A stretch of 64,000 nucleotides of DNA from Bacillota bacterium (GTDB taxonomy: Bacteria; Bacillota; Sulfobacillia; RBS10-35; JAJYVN01): NCBI GenBank assembly GCA_021803205.1, contig JAJZMB010000162.1, positions 20,718 to 84,717 of the forward strand, read 5' to 3'. Of the stretch, positions 35,996 through 49,211 are shown in pieces (position 1 is the first letter of the stretch; each line of letters begins with the position of its first letter). The notes beneath the pieces were generated by a model. The model was not told where the DNA came from. It saw nothing but the letters and a program-made list of their open reading frames with translations, and made no database searches. A program made the position numbers and the translations under genes.

Positions 35996-36117
35996 GGTGG
36001 GAGGGACAGGTCCCCGTGCGGCGCGGGAGGGGTGCGGCAGGGCGCATTTCCTTCGCGGCGTCGGGAACGGGCCTGAGGCGCGGATGATGGAGCGGTACCG
36101 GAAAGGGGCGATGGACC

Positions 36118-36501
36118 GTGGAAGGCACGGTGACCCTGGAAAAGATCGATCAGATCCGCGAGCGTACAGGGGCGGGCTATGGGGAGTGCTACGAAGCCTT
36201 GGCAACGACGGGTGGCGACGTGGTGCGCGCGCTGGTAGAGATCGAGCGGGCACACCCCGGTTGGAGCCGGCGGTTGCAGGACGGTGGCAGTGCCGTAACT
36301 GACCGCCTGCGCGATTTTGCGCGGGAGGCCGTGCGCACGCGCATTGCCGTGCGCCAGGGCGATCGGACGCTGATGCGGATGCCGGCGGTGATAGGGGTGG
36401 CCGGGTCGCTCCTGCTTCCCGGCCTTGCCGCGGCAGGGGTGGTCGCGGCGCTGGCGACGCGGAGTTCCGTCGCGGTGGAGCGTGCCCCAGAAGGCCTGTA
36501 G
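36118..36501 (+). CDS. DUF4342-domain protein with an N-terminal UBA/TS-N-like helix bundle
   Basis: GTG start. The N-terminus LEKIDQIRERTGAGYGECYEALATTGGDVVRALVEI is present. The C-terminus is hydrophobic. Confidence 0.5.
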   Translation: MEGTVTLEKIDQIRERTGAGYGECYEALATTGGDVVRALVEIERAHPGWSRRLQDGGSAVTDRLRDFAREAVRTRIAVRQGDRTLMRMPAVIGVAGSLLLPGLAAAGVVAALATRSSVAVERAPEGL

Positions 36502-36638
36502 TCGGGTTTACGTCATTGGCGGACGATGCCGATGCCCACAGTGGACGGGTACACCTGTGCCGGTGTCGCCTTCTTCCGCCCGAGCGGCGGCCGGGGACCG
36601 ACGCGGCGGGCGGCAGTGTGTTACCTTAGTCTTCACAT

Positions 36639-37704
<1,066 letters not shown>

Positions 37705-37712
<8 letters not shown>

Positions 37713-39768
37713 GACCTTCCTGCTGGAGATCGGCGTGGAGGAACTGCCCGCCCGCTTCTGTGCCCCGGCGCTGGAGCAAGTCAAGACCAAGGGGGAGGCG
37801 CTCCTGAGGGAATTGCGCCTGTCCTCGGGGGTCTCGCGCACCTATGGCACGCCGCGTCGCCTGGCATGGTTGGTGGAAGGACTCTCCGACCGTCAGGCGG
37901 ACGCGGAAACGGTTGCCCGGGGACCTGCCCGTGCCGCCGCCTTCGACGACGAGGGCAAACCGACGCGGGCCGCCGAGGGGTTCGCCCGCAGCCAGGGGGT
38001 GCCCGTGACCTCTTTGACCGTCGAAGGGGTCGGCGGCCGGGAGTACGTCTTCGCGAGAAGGACCGAAGCCGGCCTGCCGACCGAGATTGTCCTCGCCAAG
38101 GCGCTGCCGGGCCTCATCGCCTCCCTGGACTTCCCCCGGACCATGCGCTGGGGGACGGGGGACTTCCGCTTCCCCCGTCCCATCCGCTGGCTGGTCGCCC
38201 TGCTCGGCGCCGAGGTGGTCCCCTTCGACATCGAGGGGCTGGCCTCGGGGCGCACCACGTACGGGCACCGGACGCTGCATCCCGGTCCGGTAACCCTTAC
38301 CCGCCCCGAGGTATACGTGGAAGCGCTGCGTGAGGCGCACGTTCTGGTGGACGTGGACGAGCGCCGGCGAACCATCTGGACGGGGGTCGCCGCCGCTGTC
38401 CAAGCCGTCGGCGGTGTTCCCTGCCCCAATGGCGAACTGCTGGACGAGGTCACCCACATCAACGAGTGGCCGACCGCCTTCGTCGGCGCCTTCGACGCCG
38501 CGGCGCTGGAGGTGCCGGAGCCGGCCCTGGTGACCGTGATGCGCGTTCACCAACGGTACTTCCCGGTGGAGGACACCGACGGGCGGCTCCTGCCGCACTT
38601 CGCTGGCGTGCGCAACGGCGGCGCCCACAACCTGGCCGGGGTGGCGGCCGGCAACGAGAAGGTGCTGGCTGCGCGCTTCGCGGACGCGCGGTTCTTTTAC
38701 GCGGAGGACCGCAAGCACCCGCTGTCGGCCTTGGTCGGGCGCCTGGACACGGTGGTGTTCGCGGAGGGCCTCGGCACCCTGGCCGACAAGACGGCCCGTC
38801 TGGTGCGCCTCGCCGGGGCCCTGGCGCGGCGGGTCGGCGCGGACCCGGCTGTCGTGGAGCGGGCCGCCCACCTCTGCAAGGCGGACCGGCTGACCCACCT
38901 GGTCTATGAGATGCCGGAACTCGAGGGGACGATGGGCGCGTACTACGCGGCCGCGGACGGCGAGCCCGACGCGGTGGCCCGGGCCATCGGCGAGCACGTG
39001 CTGCCCCGGGCGGCGGGCGGCGAACTGCCCCGCACCGCCGCCGGACAGGTGCTGGCGGTGGCGGACCGCCTCGACACGCTGGCGGGCCAGTTCATGGCCG
39101 GGCGGGCGCCGAGCGGCAGCGCCGACCCACTGGGGCTCCGGCGGGCCGGATCGGTCCTGGTGCGCATCCTGGAGGACGCCGGTTGGGACCTGCCCATCGC
39201 AGGCGCCGTGCGGGAGGCCGAGGGCGGCTACCCCGCGGGGACGGGGGAGGCGGGCGCCCTGCTGCCGGAGTTCCTGGCCGGCCGCCTGCGCGGGCGCCTG
39301 GAGGAGTTGGGCTTCCGCTATGACGTGGTCGACGCCGTGCTCGCGGCGGGGACCGACCGGGTGGCGGACGCGGTGCGCCGGTGCCGGGCGCTGACGGCGG
39401 CCGTCGGCGCGGCGGGCTGGGAGGACACAGTGACGGCTTTCAAGCGGGCCGGTAACCTGGCCCGACAGGGGGAGCCGGGCGCGGGGGTGGACCCGGCGGC
39501 CCTGGGCCATGAGTCCGGGCAGGCGCTGTTTGCCGCTTTGGGCGCAGCGCGCGAAGCGGCGGGCGCGGCGCTGCAGGCGGGCGATTACGCCGGGGTGCTG
39601 GCGGCGACGGCGACGCTGCGGCGACCCGTCGACGAATTCCTCACGGCGGTGCTCGTCATGGACCCCGACCCGGCCGTGCGGCGCAGCCGCCTCGCCCTGC
39701 TCGCGGCCGTGGCGGCGATCCCGGCAACCGTCGCGGATCTGGGGCGGCTGCAGGGCGGGGAGCGGTAG
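37705..39768 (+). CDS. glyS: glycine--tRNA ligase beta subunit
   Basis: The GTG start overlaps the glyQ stop. [18 protein letters not shown] is present. It has the typical GlyS length (687 aa). Confidence 0.8.
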
Positions 39769-40303
39769 GGGATGCCAGGGGCGGTGCCCCACCACTCCCC
39801 CGTGCGCCCGTCCGGTGGCCGTGTGGGCACCGGCGCAGGCGATTGCTCACCATGGCGTTCGCCCGGGTTCCCGGTCGACCCTCTGTGTTTGCTCGCGACT
39901 TGAGCTGCATCCCACCCCCTGCCATACCGATCCTGTTTCGGCCATCGACCGGCAGTCTGCACTTTTTCCTGACCTCCTCCACGGTGGCCGGCGCTCTCAA
40001 CAGCAAACGAGCCTGCCTCGTGAGAAGGAGTCGCAGTGGCGCGCGGAGAAATAGTACAGGTGTTCTGGATGGAGAGTGGGGCCTGGTGGCTGCCCATGGG
40101 CTCCTTGCAGAGGTCGCGAGGAATCCTCCTGGCAAACAGCCCACGGGGCGATTCGTGCTGATCGGTCCAGATCAGGAAACTGGGGCCACCTGTACGCCAG
40201 CGCCCCTGGCAGAGTTCATGGCAGAATAGATCGTCGCCGCAGGTGGCAATCTTACCTCCCCACGCATGCTTGATCCTGCAGTGGGCGGCGGGAATCCCCT
40301 GCT

Positions 40304-40473
40304 TAGTACTGCCCTCCGCACTGGCAAGGCCTGGGCCGGGGTGGGGACTCATGAAGCGGCGAACCGGGCCTGCCCGTCCGTTCACGCCCTTTGGGGCCGC
40401 CTTTTCGACCGCTGAGCAGATGTTCCGGATCGTCGCCGTCGTCAATTGCTACCAGTGCGAAAGACAGTATCAG
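40304..40473 (+). repeat. MITE-like repeat element, copy 3
   Basis: tagtactgccctccgcactggcaagg ... ctaccagtgcgaaagacagtatcag, with the same conserved core. The right TIR is slightly degenerate. Confidence 0.8.
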
Positions 40474-40693
40474 CTTGATTGGCCGATTGGCTGTGGAGGG
40501 TAATTCTTCCGCTCGGGTCTATGCCTTCGACACTGACCCCACGGCCATACGCGAGGTGGAAGCCGCCATGTCCGTGCACGAGGGCAGGCGGCCGATGTAG
40601 GGGCCGCCGGGGCCGGGGGGATTTGGGCCGCCACGCTGTGGCGGCCATATCCCAGGTGGAAGCCGGTACTGCAGTGCGTGGGGGTGGCGCGGC

Positions 40694-41590
40694 ATGCGCA
40701 TCGATCTCGCGGGCAGGGTGGCCGTGGTAACCGGGGCGGCCCGGGGTATCGGCGCGGCCACGGCGCGGCGGCTGGCCCGCTCGGGGGCGGCCGTCCTGGT
40801 GACCGACACCTCCGACGAGGCCGGGCGCGGAGTCGTCCGGGCCATCGTCGCGGAGGGGGGTACGGCGGCGTACCTGCACGCCGACGTCGCGCTGGAGTCC
40901 GATATCGCATCGATGCTCGGCGAAGCGGCGCGCCTCTGGGGACGGCTCGACATCCTGGTCAACAACGCCCACTTCGAGGTGCGCGGTTCGGTCCTGGAAG
41001 TATCCGCCGAGGACTGGGACCGTTCCTACGCCGTCCTGGTGCGCGCCCTGTTCCTGGGCGCCAAGCACGCGGTGCCGCACATGCGCTCCGCCGGCGGGGG
41101 CAGCATCGTGAACATCTCCTCCGTGCTGGGGCGCCAACCGACGCGGCGTTATGCGACGTACACCAGCGCCAAGGCGGCGGTGCCGCAGCTCACCCGCCAA
41201 CTCGCATTGGACTTCGGACCCGATGGCATCCGGGTCAACACGATCACCCCCGGGATCATCGACACCGGGCGGGACGCGGACCCGGACCGCGATTCCGAGG
41301 CGGCGCGGCTGACCCCGTTGCTACGGACGGGGGTGCCCGACGACATCGCGAGCGCCATCTGCTTCCTCGTGTCCGATCGGGCGGGCTTCATCACCGGCGC
41401 CGACCTGCTGATCGACGGCGGCGCGACGATTCCGTGGTTCTGGGAGCCGGTGGAGGGTGCGCGGCGGCTGTGGGGGGCGAAGGGGTCGGCCGACGGCGGT
41501 GGCGAGGTGGCCGCGGAGGTGGAGCGGCTGGCGCAAAGGGAGAGGTGGCAGCGGACGGTGGAAGGGAACCCGAGTACCTGGCGGGGATGA
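40694..41590 (+). CDS. SDR-family oxidoreductase
   Basis: The glycine-rich loop is VTGAARGIGAA. NNAHF is present. The catalytic YTSAK is present. The PG motif is ITPGII. It has a C-terminal extension of about 45 aa. Confidence 0.7.
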   Translation: MRIDLAGRVAVVTGAARGIGAATARRLARSGAAVLVTDTSDEAGRGVVRAIVAEGGTAAYLHADVALESDIASMLGEAARLWGRLDILVNNAHFEVRGSVLEVSAEDWDRSYAVLVRALFLGAKHAVPHMRSAGGGSIVNISSVLGRQPTRRYATYTSAKAAVPQLTRQLALDFGPDGIRVNTITPGIIDTGRDADPDRDSEAARLTPLLRTGVPDDIASAICFLVSDRAGFITGADLLIDGGATIPWFWEPVEGARRLWGAKGSADGGGEVAAEVERLAQRERWQRTVEGNPSTWRG

Positions 41591-42110
41591 CCTGGGAGGA
41601 GGCCCGTGCCGATGGGGCCTCTCCGGTAGCATGGACCGCACCTGCCCGTGCGGGTGGATACGGCACTGGTCACGGCGGTGGCGGTACGTCGGCTGCCCCC
41701 GGATGTCCGGGCGATGCCGACGCCCACGCTGCGGCTGGGCGCCTCCCACCAGCACCTGCACTTCTGCACGGTGTCGGTGGATGAGCCCGTCTATTGTGGA
41801 TGTGACTGTCCAAAGCGGCGGCATCCTCGCCGAGGTGGGCTTCCGACGGGTGTTCTCTCTGACCGGCCACGGCGGAAATGCCGCCCCGCCGAGGCTGGCG
41901 GTGAACGAGATTGCGCGCCGCCGGCCCGGCACGCTCGTGGCGGCCGCCGAGTATCGGGCTGGGGCCGGCGGGCATGCGCCCTGAGCGCACGACCGGCGCC
42001 AGCGGTGCGGCGCACACCTGCGAGGTTGAGCACTCGCTTATTCTGGAAGTGGTCGCGCAGGCGGTGCGGGTTGACCCGCGCCGCCTGCCTCCGGCGCTGG
42101 TCCGGGAGCT
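41587..42110 (+). pseudogene. creatininase (creatinine amidohydrolase) family gene, disrupted by multiple frameshifts and deletions
   Basis: The ATG overlaps the SDR stop (ATGA). Recognisable fragments lie in three different frames: MTWEEARADG (frame 1), VRAMPTPTLRLGASHQHLHFCTVSVDEPVY (frame 2), IVDVTVQSGGILAEVGFRRVFSLTGHGGNAAPPRLAVNEIARRRPGTLVAAAEY (frame 3), then HTCEVEHSLILEV (frame 1). The conserved HGGN and terminal H..E.E.S motifs are present, but the N-terminal metal-binding segment is missing. Confidence 0.4.
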
Positions 42111-42433
42111 GGTTGACGGCGGCGCTGGGCGTCGCCTGCAAGCGGCGGTCCAAGGTCGGTGTGCTGGACGACCCCACCCAGGCGCAGCCGGAGAAGGACG
42201 CAGCGACGCTGGAGACCTGCACGCACGGCGTCGCCGACGCTTTGGCGGCATTCGCGCGGCTGCGGGTGTGAGCACCGCCGGTTCGATAGGCGCCGCGCCT
42301 CACAGGCGGGTGGGCTGTCAGCCCGCCCGCCCGAGCGGGCTTCGGTCCGAAGCGACGGTCGCCTCCAATGGCTCGCGCAGCACCTCAACGAGGCAGTCAA
42401 GCGCGGCTCCCGTCGGCTGGCTCCTTACCGGCT

Positions 42434-43066
42434 TCATTCCGGTTGTTGCAATTGCCGGATGAGTTTGGTTTCCACCTGTCGCACGCGCTCGCGCGTGACG
42501 CGAAAGGCGCGGCCGGTCTCATCCAGGGTGTGCGGTGCGCCATCCTTGAGGCCGAAACGGTAGCGCAGCATCTCCTGCTCGCGGGTGCTCAGGGTTTCCA
42601 AGGCCTCCGTCAGCAGGGCCTCAGGGATGGCGGGGGGGTGTGGGTGTTCGGACTCGCTCGCCGCAGGGGCGTCTTGGCTGCGCGGGCCAGGACGGCGCAG
42701 TTCTGGACGGCGGGAGTAATCCGTCAAGCCGGCGACGTTGCCCCAGGGATCGGCGACCTCCACGATCCACCCGGTGTCGGTCTGTATGGGAGCGCTCACG
42801 TGAGAGGCTCCGCGTGACCGGACCTCTTCGCCTGCCGCCCGGGCGTCGGCGACCTCCAGCCAGACGCGGGTTACGAAGCCGCTGCCACCCGGGGTGCCGA
42901 TCCGCACGATGATGCCGCGCGTATCCGGTCCCGCCGAGAAGACTGCGGTACCCGCTTCGTCCTGCCGCAACCGCAGGGGCAGGCCGAGCGCGCCGCCGTA
43001 GTGCACCACTGCCGCATCCAGATCCCCCACGGCGAGGCGAACGCTGTCGATGCCAAGGATGTCCAC
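42434..43066 (-). CDS. VOC/glyoxalase-fold domain fused to a stand-alone sigma-70 region-4 HTH domain
   Basis: The GTG at 43066 has the RBS AAAGGGGG (a GTG at 43084 is an alternative). The N-terminus VDILGIDSVRLAVGDLDAAVVHYGGALGL is a VOC beta-alpha-beta-beta-beta fold. The C-terminus LLTEALETLSTREQEMLRYRFGLKDGAPHTLDETGRAFRVTRERVRQVETKLIRQLQ is about 55-60% identical to region 4.2 of this window's own SigA ([60 protein letters not shown]). Confidence 0.6.
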   Translation of the reverse strand: MDILGIDSVRLAVGDLDAAVVHYGGALGLPLRLRQDEAGTAVFSAGPDTRGIIVRIGTPGGSGFVTRVWLEVADARAAGEEVRSRGASHVSAPIQTDTGWIVEVADPWGNVAGLTDYSRRPELRRPGPRSQDAPAASESEHPHPPAIPEALLTEALETLSTREQEMLRYRFGLKDGAPHTLDETGRAFRVTRERVRQVETKLIRQLQQPE

Positions 43067-43850
43067 CGCCGGGCCCCCTTTCACAAGTCGCCCGGACCAT
43101 CCTGGCTCCGAGGTGTCCGTGGGGTCAAGCGGGACCGGGGACGAGCGGGCGCCTGGCCCCCATTAGGAGATGCTGGCGCTGCAGGGTGATGGTGTGACTT
43201 TACCGAGTCGGAGGTGGCCAGTGTCGGGATGGACAGCCGCGCCTACGCGGACGACCGGGCGCTTGCGGCCTTCCGCCACCCTTAGTCCCCGGGTTTGTGC
43301 AACCTTGCCGCCCAGCCGCTGTGGGCGCCTTTCAAGGCTGTGCGGCAGCCCCCGTGACGCGGTGCCGGGACCGCCCTGGACCGGCAGCGCACAGCGCCCG
43401 CCACTTCCCCGGCAAGGGCGGGGCTCCGCTTCACACCCGGACACGCAGCACACATGGGTCCAGCCCGCTGAGTTCGCGCATCTCCCATGCGCAGGGCGAC
43501 GCCGCCCCACCACTGTGGTTTACGTTCCCGCCCTGTGAGGTCTTCATCACGACGGGTTGCCTCATTACCACCATTGTGCTCGCAAGTCTGCTCCGCCTGC
43601 CACGCCACAGTGGGGGCCGTTGCGAAATGGTAGGTGTGACTTGTCCGGCGTCGAAGGTCTGCCGGTGGTGCGTGGCTGCTATGGCCCCTTGAAACCGCGC
43701 TCGCACGGGCGATGTGGGAACATGCGCTCCGGCTCGTGTGCGGGGCGGACTGTCGGCTGGGGGAAGAGGGGCGACGGGCGCGTGGAAACCGAACAGTCCC
43801 TGCCACGTGATGTGGGAGGCGCGGCGGGTAGGCCCTTTCCCCGTTCATTC

Positions 43851-45693
43851 GTGCAAGAACTCCGGCGACGGGTCGATATCGTGGACCTGATCGGTGCCGT
43901 CGTCGCGCTGCGACCTGCGGGGCGCGAGTTCGTCGGGCTCTGTCCCTTCCATGAGGAACGGACGCCGAGTTTTCATGTATCCCGGGACAAGCAGGTCTTC
44001 CATTGCCACGGATGCCACGCGGGCGGCGATGTTGTGACCTTCGTCATGCGGCGGCAGGCCCTGGGCTTCGCGGAGGCGGTCGTTGCCCTGGCGGTGCAGG
44101 TGGGAATGACCCTGCCGGATCCCCGTCCCCTGTCGGCCGAACAACGTCGACGCCTCGGACTGCAGGAGGAACTCTACGCCGTGTGTGCAGCCGCGGCTGA
44201 CTATTTCAAAGATAGCCTGCTGCAGGCGCAGGGGAGCGACGCCATCGCCTATCTCCGGCGGCGCGGGGTCGACGGCCCTACGGCGGAGCGCTTCGGCCTC
44301 GGATTCGCGCCAGCGGACTGGGAGGGCCTCGGGAGGGCGCTCGCGACAAAATTCCCGCCGGAGCGTCTGCTGCAGGCTGGACTCCGGCGGGAGCGCGGTC
44401 CGGGGCGCGGCGCCTACGACTACTTTCGAGGCCGTCTCATGTTTCCGATCTGGGATGAGCGGGGAAGGGTAGTGGCGTTCGGAGGGCGGGCGTTGGCGGC
44501 CACGGACGGGCCCAAGTACCTCAACTCTCCGGAAACCCCCATTTTTCGAAAGCGGCAGACCCTGTATGCGTTGCACCTGGCCCGGCCGGCCATCGAACGG
44601 GCGGGCCGTGTCGTCGTTGTAGAGGGGTATATGGACGCCCTGACCTGTCACCAGTTCAGGTTCGACCACGCGGTTGCCCTTCTCGGCACGGCGTTGTCAG
44701 ATGCGCAGGCAGGAATGCTGATGCGGTGCGCAGAACTCATCGTATTGGCTTTTGATGCCGATCTCGCCGGAGGCGTGGCAACGGAGCGGGGGTTGGCCGT
44801 TCTCCAGGAACGCGGCGCCCAGGTTGCCGTTGCGCCGATGCCCGCAGGTGCAGATCCCGATGAGGCGTTGCGGGCTGAAGACGGTCCGCGGGTTTTTGGT
44901 GCGGCACTGGATGCCGCCGTGCCCCTGATCCATTATCTTGTGCGCAGGGCGATCGGCGAAGCCAATGTCGCCCGCATGGCTCCCGAGCAGCGCTGGCGGT
45001 TGGCGGAGCAGATGGTGCCTTTCCTGGCTCGGGTGCCGTCCGTGATGGGAAGAGGGACGCGGCAGGAATATATCGAACATGTGGCCCGCGCCCTTGGCTT
45101 CCGTGAGCCATACGACTTGGCCCGCGCTGTCGAGAGGCACGCGGAAAAGGGTGGCGGGCATAGAAATAGAAACACTTGGAACCCTACCCCGGTAGGGGAA
45201 GGGTTCGGCCGTTCCGCTGTGCGCCCCGCATGGGATGCGGCCGAAGAAACGATTCTGGCCGTCTGCCTGCGTTCCGGCGAGTGGCTGCGCCAACTGCTAC
45301 CGGAGCTCAGTATACACGATTTCCGCGGTGCATCGCACAAGGCCCTTGTTGCGAGATTGCTCCAGGGGGGCGTGCCCGTAACGGACGGTGGGGCGGCGGG
45401 AGGGGCGGAGGCTCCGGGTTCCGCGCTTCTCAACGAGGAGGAGGATCCCCAGATCCGGAGCACCATCGCGCGGCTCCTGGCGTTGGAGTTGCCGGAGGCT
45501 ACGGCCGCAGTGTTGCGGCAGTGCCTCGCCACCATGCGGCGCGCGCGATTGCAGGAGGATGCCGGAACGTTGCGCGCGGAGCAGCGGCGGCTCGCGGCCG
45601 AGGGTTTGGACAGATCCGCGGAGATGCTGGCCGTGACGCGGCGGTTGTTCGAATTGACGACGGAGCTGGCCCGCTCCGTCAGGGGTGGCGGCG

Positions 45694-45722
<29 letters not shown>
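43851..45722 (+). CDS. dnaG: DNA primase
   Basis: The zinc-binding domain [32 protein letters not shown] is present. The TOPRIM domain ([10 protein letters not shown] ... AFDAD) is present. A GTG start is proposed at 43851. The track ORF's 98-aa N-terminal extension is not primase-like. Confidence 0.8.
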
Positions 45723-47172
<1,450 letters not shown>

Positions 47173-47410
47173 CACTGTGCCGTGCTCGGCCACCGCGACG
47201 ACTGCGCGCGGCGGACGTGCGCCGAACCCGTAAACTTGTGCATCCGGAGCACTTGATCCGGCTGCGGCGCCCAAGCAATATGGGCCAGGCCGTGGATGGC
47301 GCGCCGGGATGCGCGTGTGTGGTGATGCGCCCTCAAGGGTGGGGCAATGCCGGGGAGAGCTTGCGCGCTGCGCGATCTGTGTGGTCTGCGGCGGCGAAGG
47401 GGGCGGCTCC

Positions 47411-48160
47411 GTGGTTCTGCGCTTGGCGCTCGGAGTGGTGGCCGCCGCCGCCGCGGGGATCGCAGCCTTTCGCCTGCGCTGGCTGCGGGCGGGCGGGGCA
47501 TGGGCCGCCGCGGTCGTGGGCGCGGCCGTTTTCGGCTGCACGGGTTGGGCCGGCGCCGTTCCCCTGCTGCTGTTCTTCGCCACCTCCACCCTGCTTGGCC
47601 GCCTGCCGGGCCGGGGGGCGGGTGGTCGCCACGAGGCGAGGGACGCGCGGCAGGTGGCGGCCAACGGCGGAGCGGCGGCATTGGCCGCGATGCTCGCGGC
47701 TGGGGGTGCACACTGGGCCTTGCCCGCACTCGGCGGAGCACTCGCTACCGCGAACGCCGACACCTGGGCCACCGAACTCGGCATGCGGTGGGGTGGTGCG
47801 CCGCGGGCGCTTGCCCTCGGTCCGGTGCTTGAACCAGGTGTGTCCGGCGGCATGAGCGCCGTCGGCACCTTCGGGGGGCTGGCGGGTGCGGCCCTGATCG
47901 CCGTCGTTGCGGGTGGTTGGCCCGCCCTGCTCGGCGGGGTGGCCGGCCTGCTGGCGGACAGTCTCCTTGGGGCCACACTGCAGGCCGTGTACCGCTGTCC
48001 GGTTTGTGGTGCGCGGACTGAGGCCCGTCCACACGGCTGTCCCTCCTCCGTGGTGCCCCAGCGCGGTCGGCTGCGGTGGCTGGACAACGACGGTGTCAAT
48101 CTGGCGGCCACCCTGTGCGGAGCAGCTGCGGCTGCGCTGCTCGCCGCCGCCGGCGTCTGA
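47411..48160 (+). CDS. DUF92 (TIGR00297 / TMEM19-like) integral membrane protein
   Basis: NADTWATELG is present. GGMSAVGTFGGLAGAALIA is present. LADSLLGATLQA is present. These are conserved DUF92 motifs. GTG start. Confidence 0.55.
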   Translation: MVLRLALGVVAAAAAGIAAFRLRWLRAGGAWAAAVVGAAVFGCTGWAGAVPLLLFFATSTLLGRLPGRGAGGRHEARDARQVAANGGAAALAAMLAAGGAHWALPALGGALATANADTWATELGMRWGGAPRALALGPVLEPGVSGGMSAVGTFGGLAGAALIAVVAGGWPALLGGVAGLLADSLLGATLQAVYRCPVCGARTEARPHGCPSSVVPQRGRLRWLDNDGVNLAATLCGAAAAALLAAAGV

Positions 48161-48556
48161 GGGCGTGAGGCCGCAATCGCCGCGCACGCCCGCGAGTTGA
48201 GCCGTTTTCACCCCTGATACAGTTTTGCGAACTTCGCGCCACAGGGGCCGCCCCGGATGCGCGGGGCGCTGCCATCGCGACGCACCGGCGCTCTGGCCGC
48301 TCATCCCCGCGGCTGCGCTTGCCGGTGGCGTGGCGGGCGGGCTCCCAAGCGGTGGGCGCGCAAGCGCGCCCATGTCCTGCGGTGGCCGCAGGCAGGTCCG
48401 CCTTTGGGCAAGTGGGGGACGACAGGCGGCGCGTCTGCTTCGCCGGTAGGCCGCAGGATGGGAGGGCCTGCTGCGCGGATGAGGGACGGGGGGCTGGCGC
48501 GCCCTGATGCGGCGGCGGGCACCGCAGCCTTGGGGCGCGCCAGACGCGCCTTGCAT

Positions 48557-48784
48557 CTAGCGCAGGGTGCCCCCGCGACTGGCCAACTGCTGCTCGGCCA
48601 ATTCGATCATGCGGCGAACCATATGCCCACCGACAGCGCCGCATTGGCGTGCCGGCAGATCTCCCCAGTAACCGTCCTGTGGCGGGGTGACACCGATGTC
48701 GTGGGCAACTTCGTATTTGAATTGATCTAAGAACCGCCCGGCTTCTCGCACCACCGCTCGATTGGACTGGGCCCCCTGCGCCAT
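48557..48784 (-). CDS. alpha/beta-type small acid-soluble spore protein
   Basis: The 75-aa protein AVVREAGRFLDQFKYEVAHDIGV ... GAVGGHMVRRMIELAEQQL matches the SASP family. A perfect RBS AAGGAGGA sits 7 nt upstream. Confidence 0.75.
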   Translation of the reverse strand: MAQGAQSNRAVVREAGRFLDQFKYEVAHDIGVTPPQDGYWGDLPARQCGAVGGHMVRRMIELAEQQLASRGGTLR

Positions 48785-49211
48785 GTCGACTCCTCCTTGT
48801 GATCCTGGCTGGTCCTGGACGCGACCGGTCGCCGCGGGCGTCGCCTGGTCATCACGCCAAGTTTCACCCGGAAAACCGACGACTATCGAGAACCTTGCAT
48901 CCAGGCCTTCCGTATCCAGGAGGATATCGTTGTCCTGCCGCCCGGGTCCGGCGCCGTGCGTGCCGGCCCCGGCGCGCGCCGGAGCGAGGGATGCGCGGCC
49001 GGCGGGATCCAAGGGCGGTCGGGAGCGCAGCGGCCAACCGTGCGCGCATGGTGGCGCCACGGGTCTCGGAAGCGGGGGAGCGTGCGGGTGCTGTGTACAT
49101 TGCCGATTGGGCCAGTAGTGCAGCACCGGACGGGCTCTGCTTCCGCTATGATGGGGGGGCGGGACCTGCTCCCTGTAGGCGGAGCAGCCCGAACGGGGGA
49201 GGTGCGGGGGC

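Noticed and set aside
41648-42462. 207-aa and 183-aa Arg-rich ORFs
   Set aside because: They are explained as out-of-frame pieces of the decayed creatininase-family gene, not independent genes.
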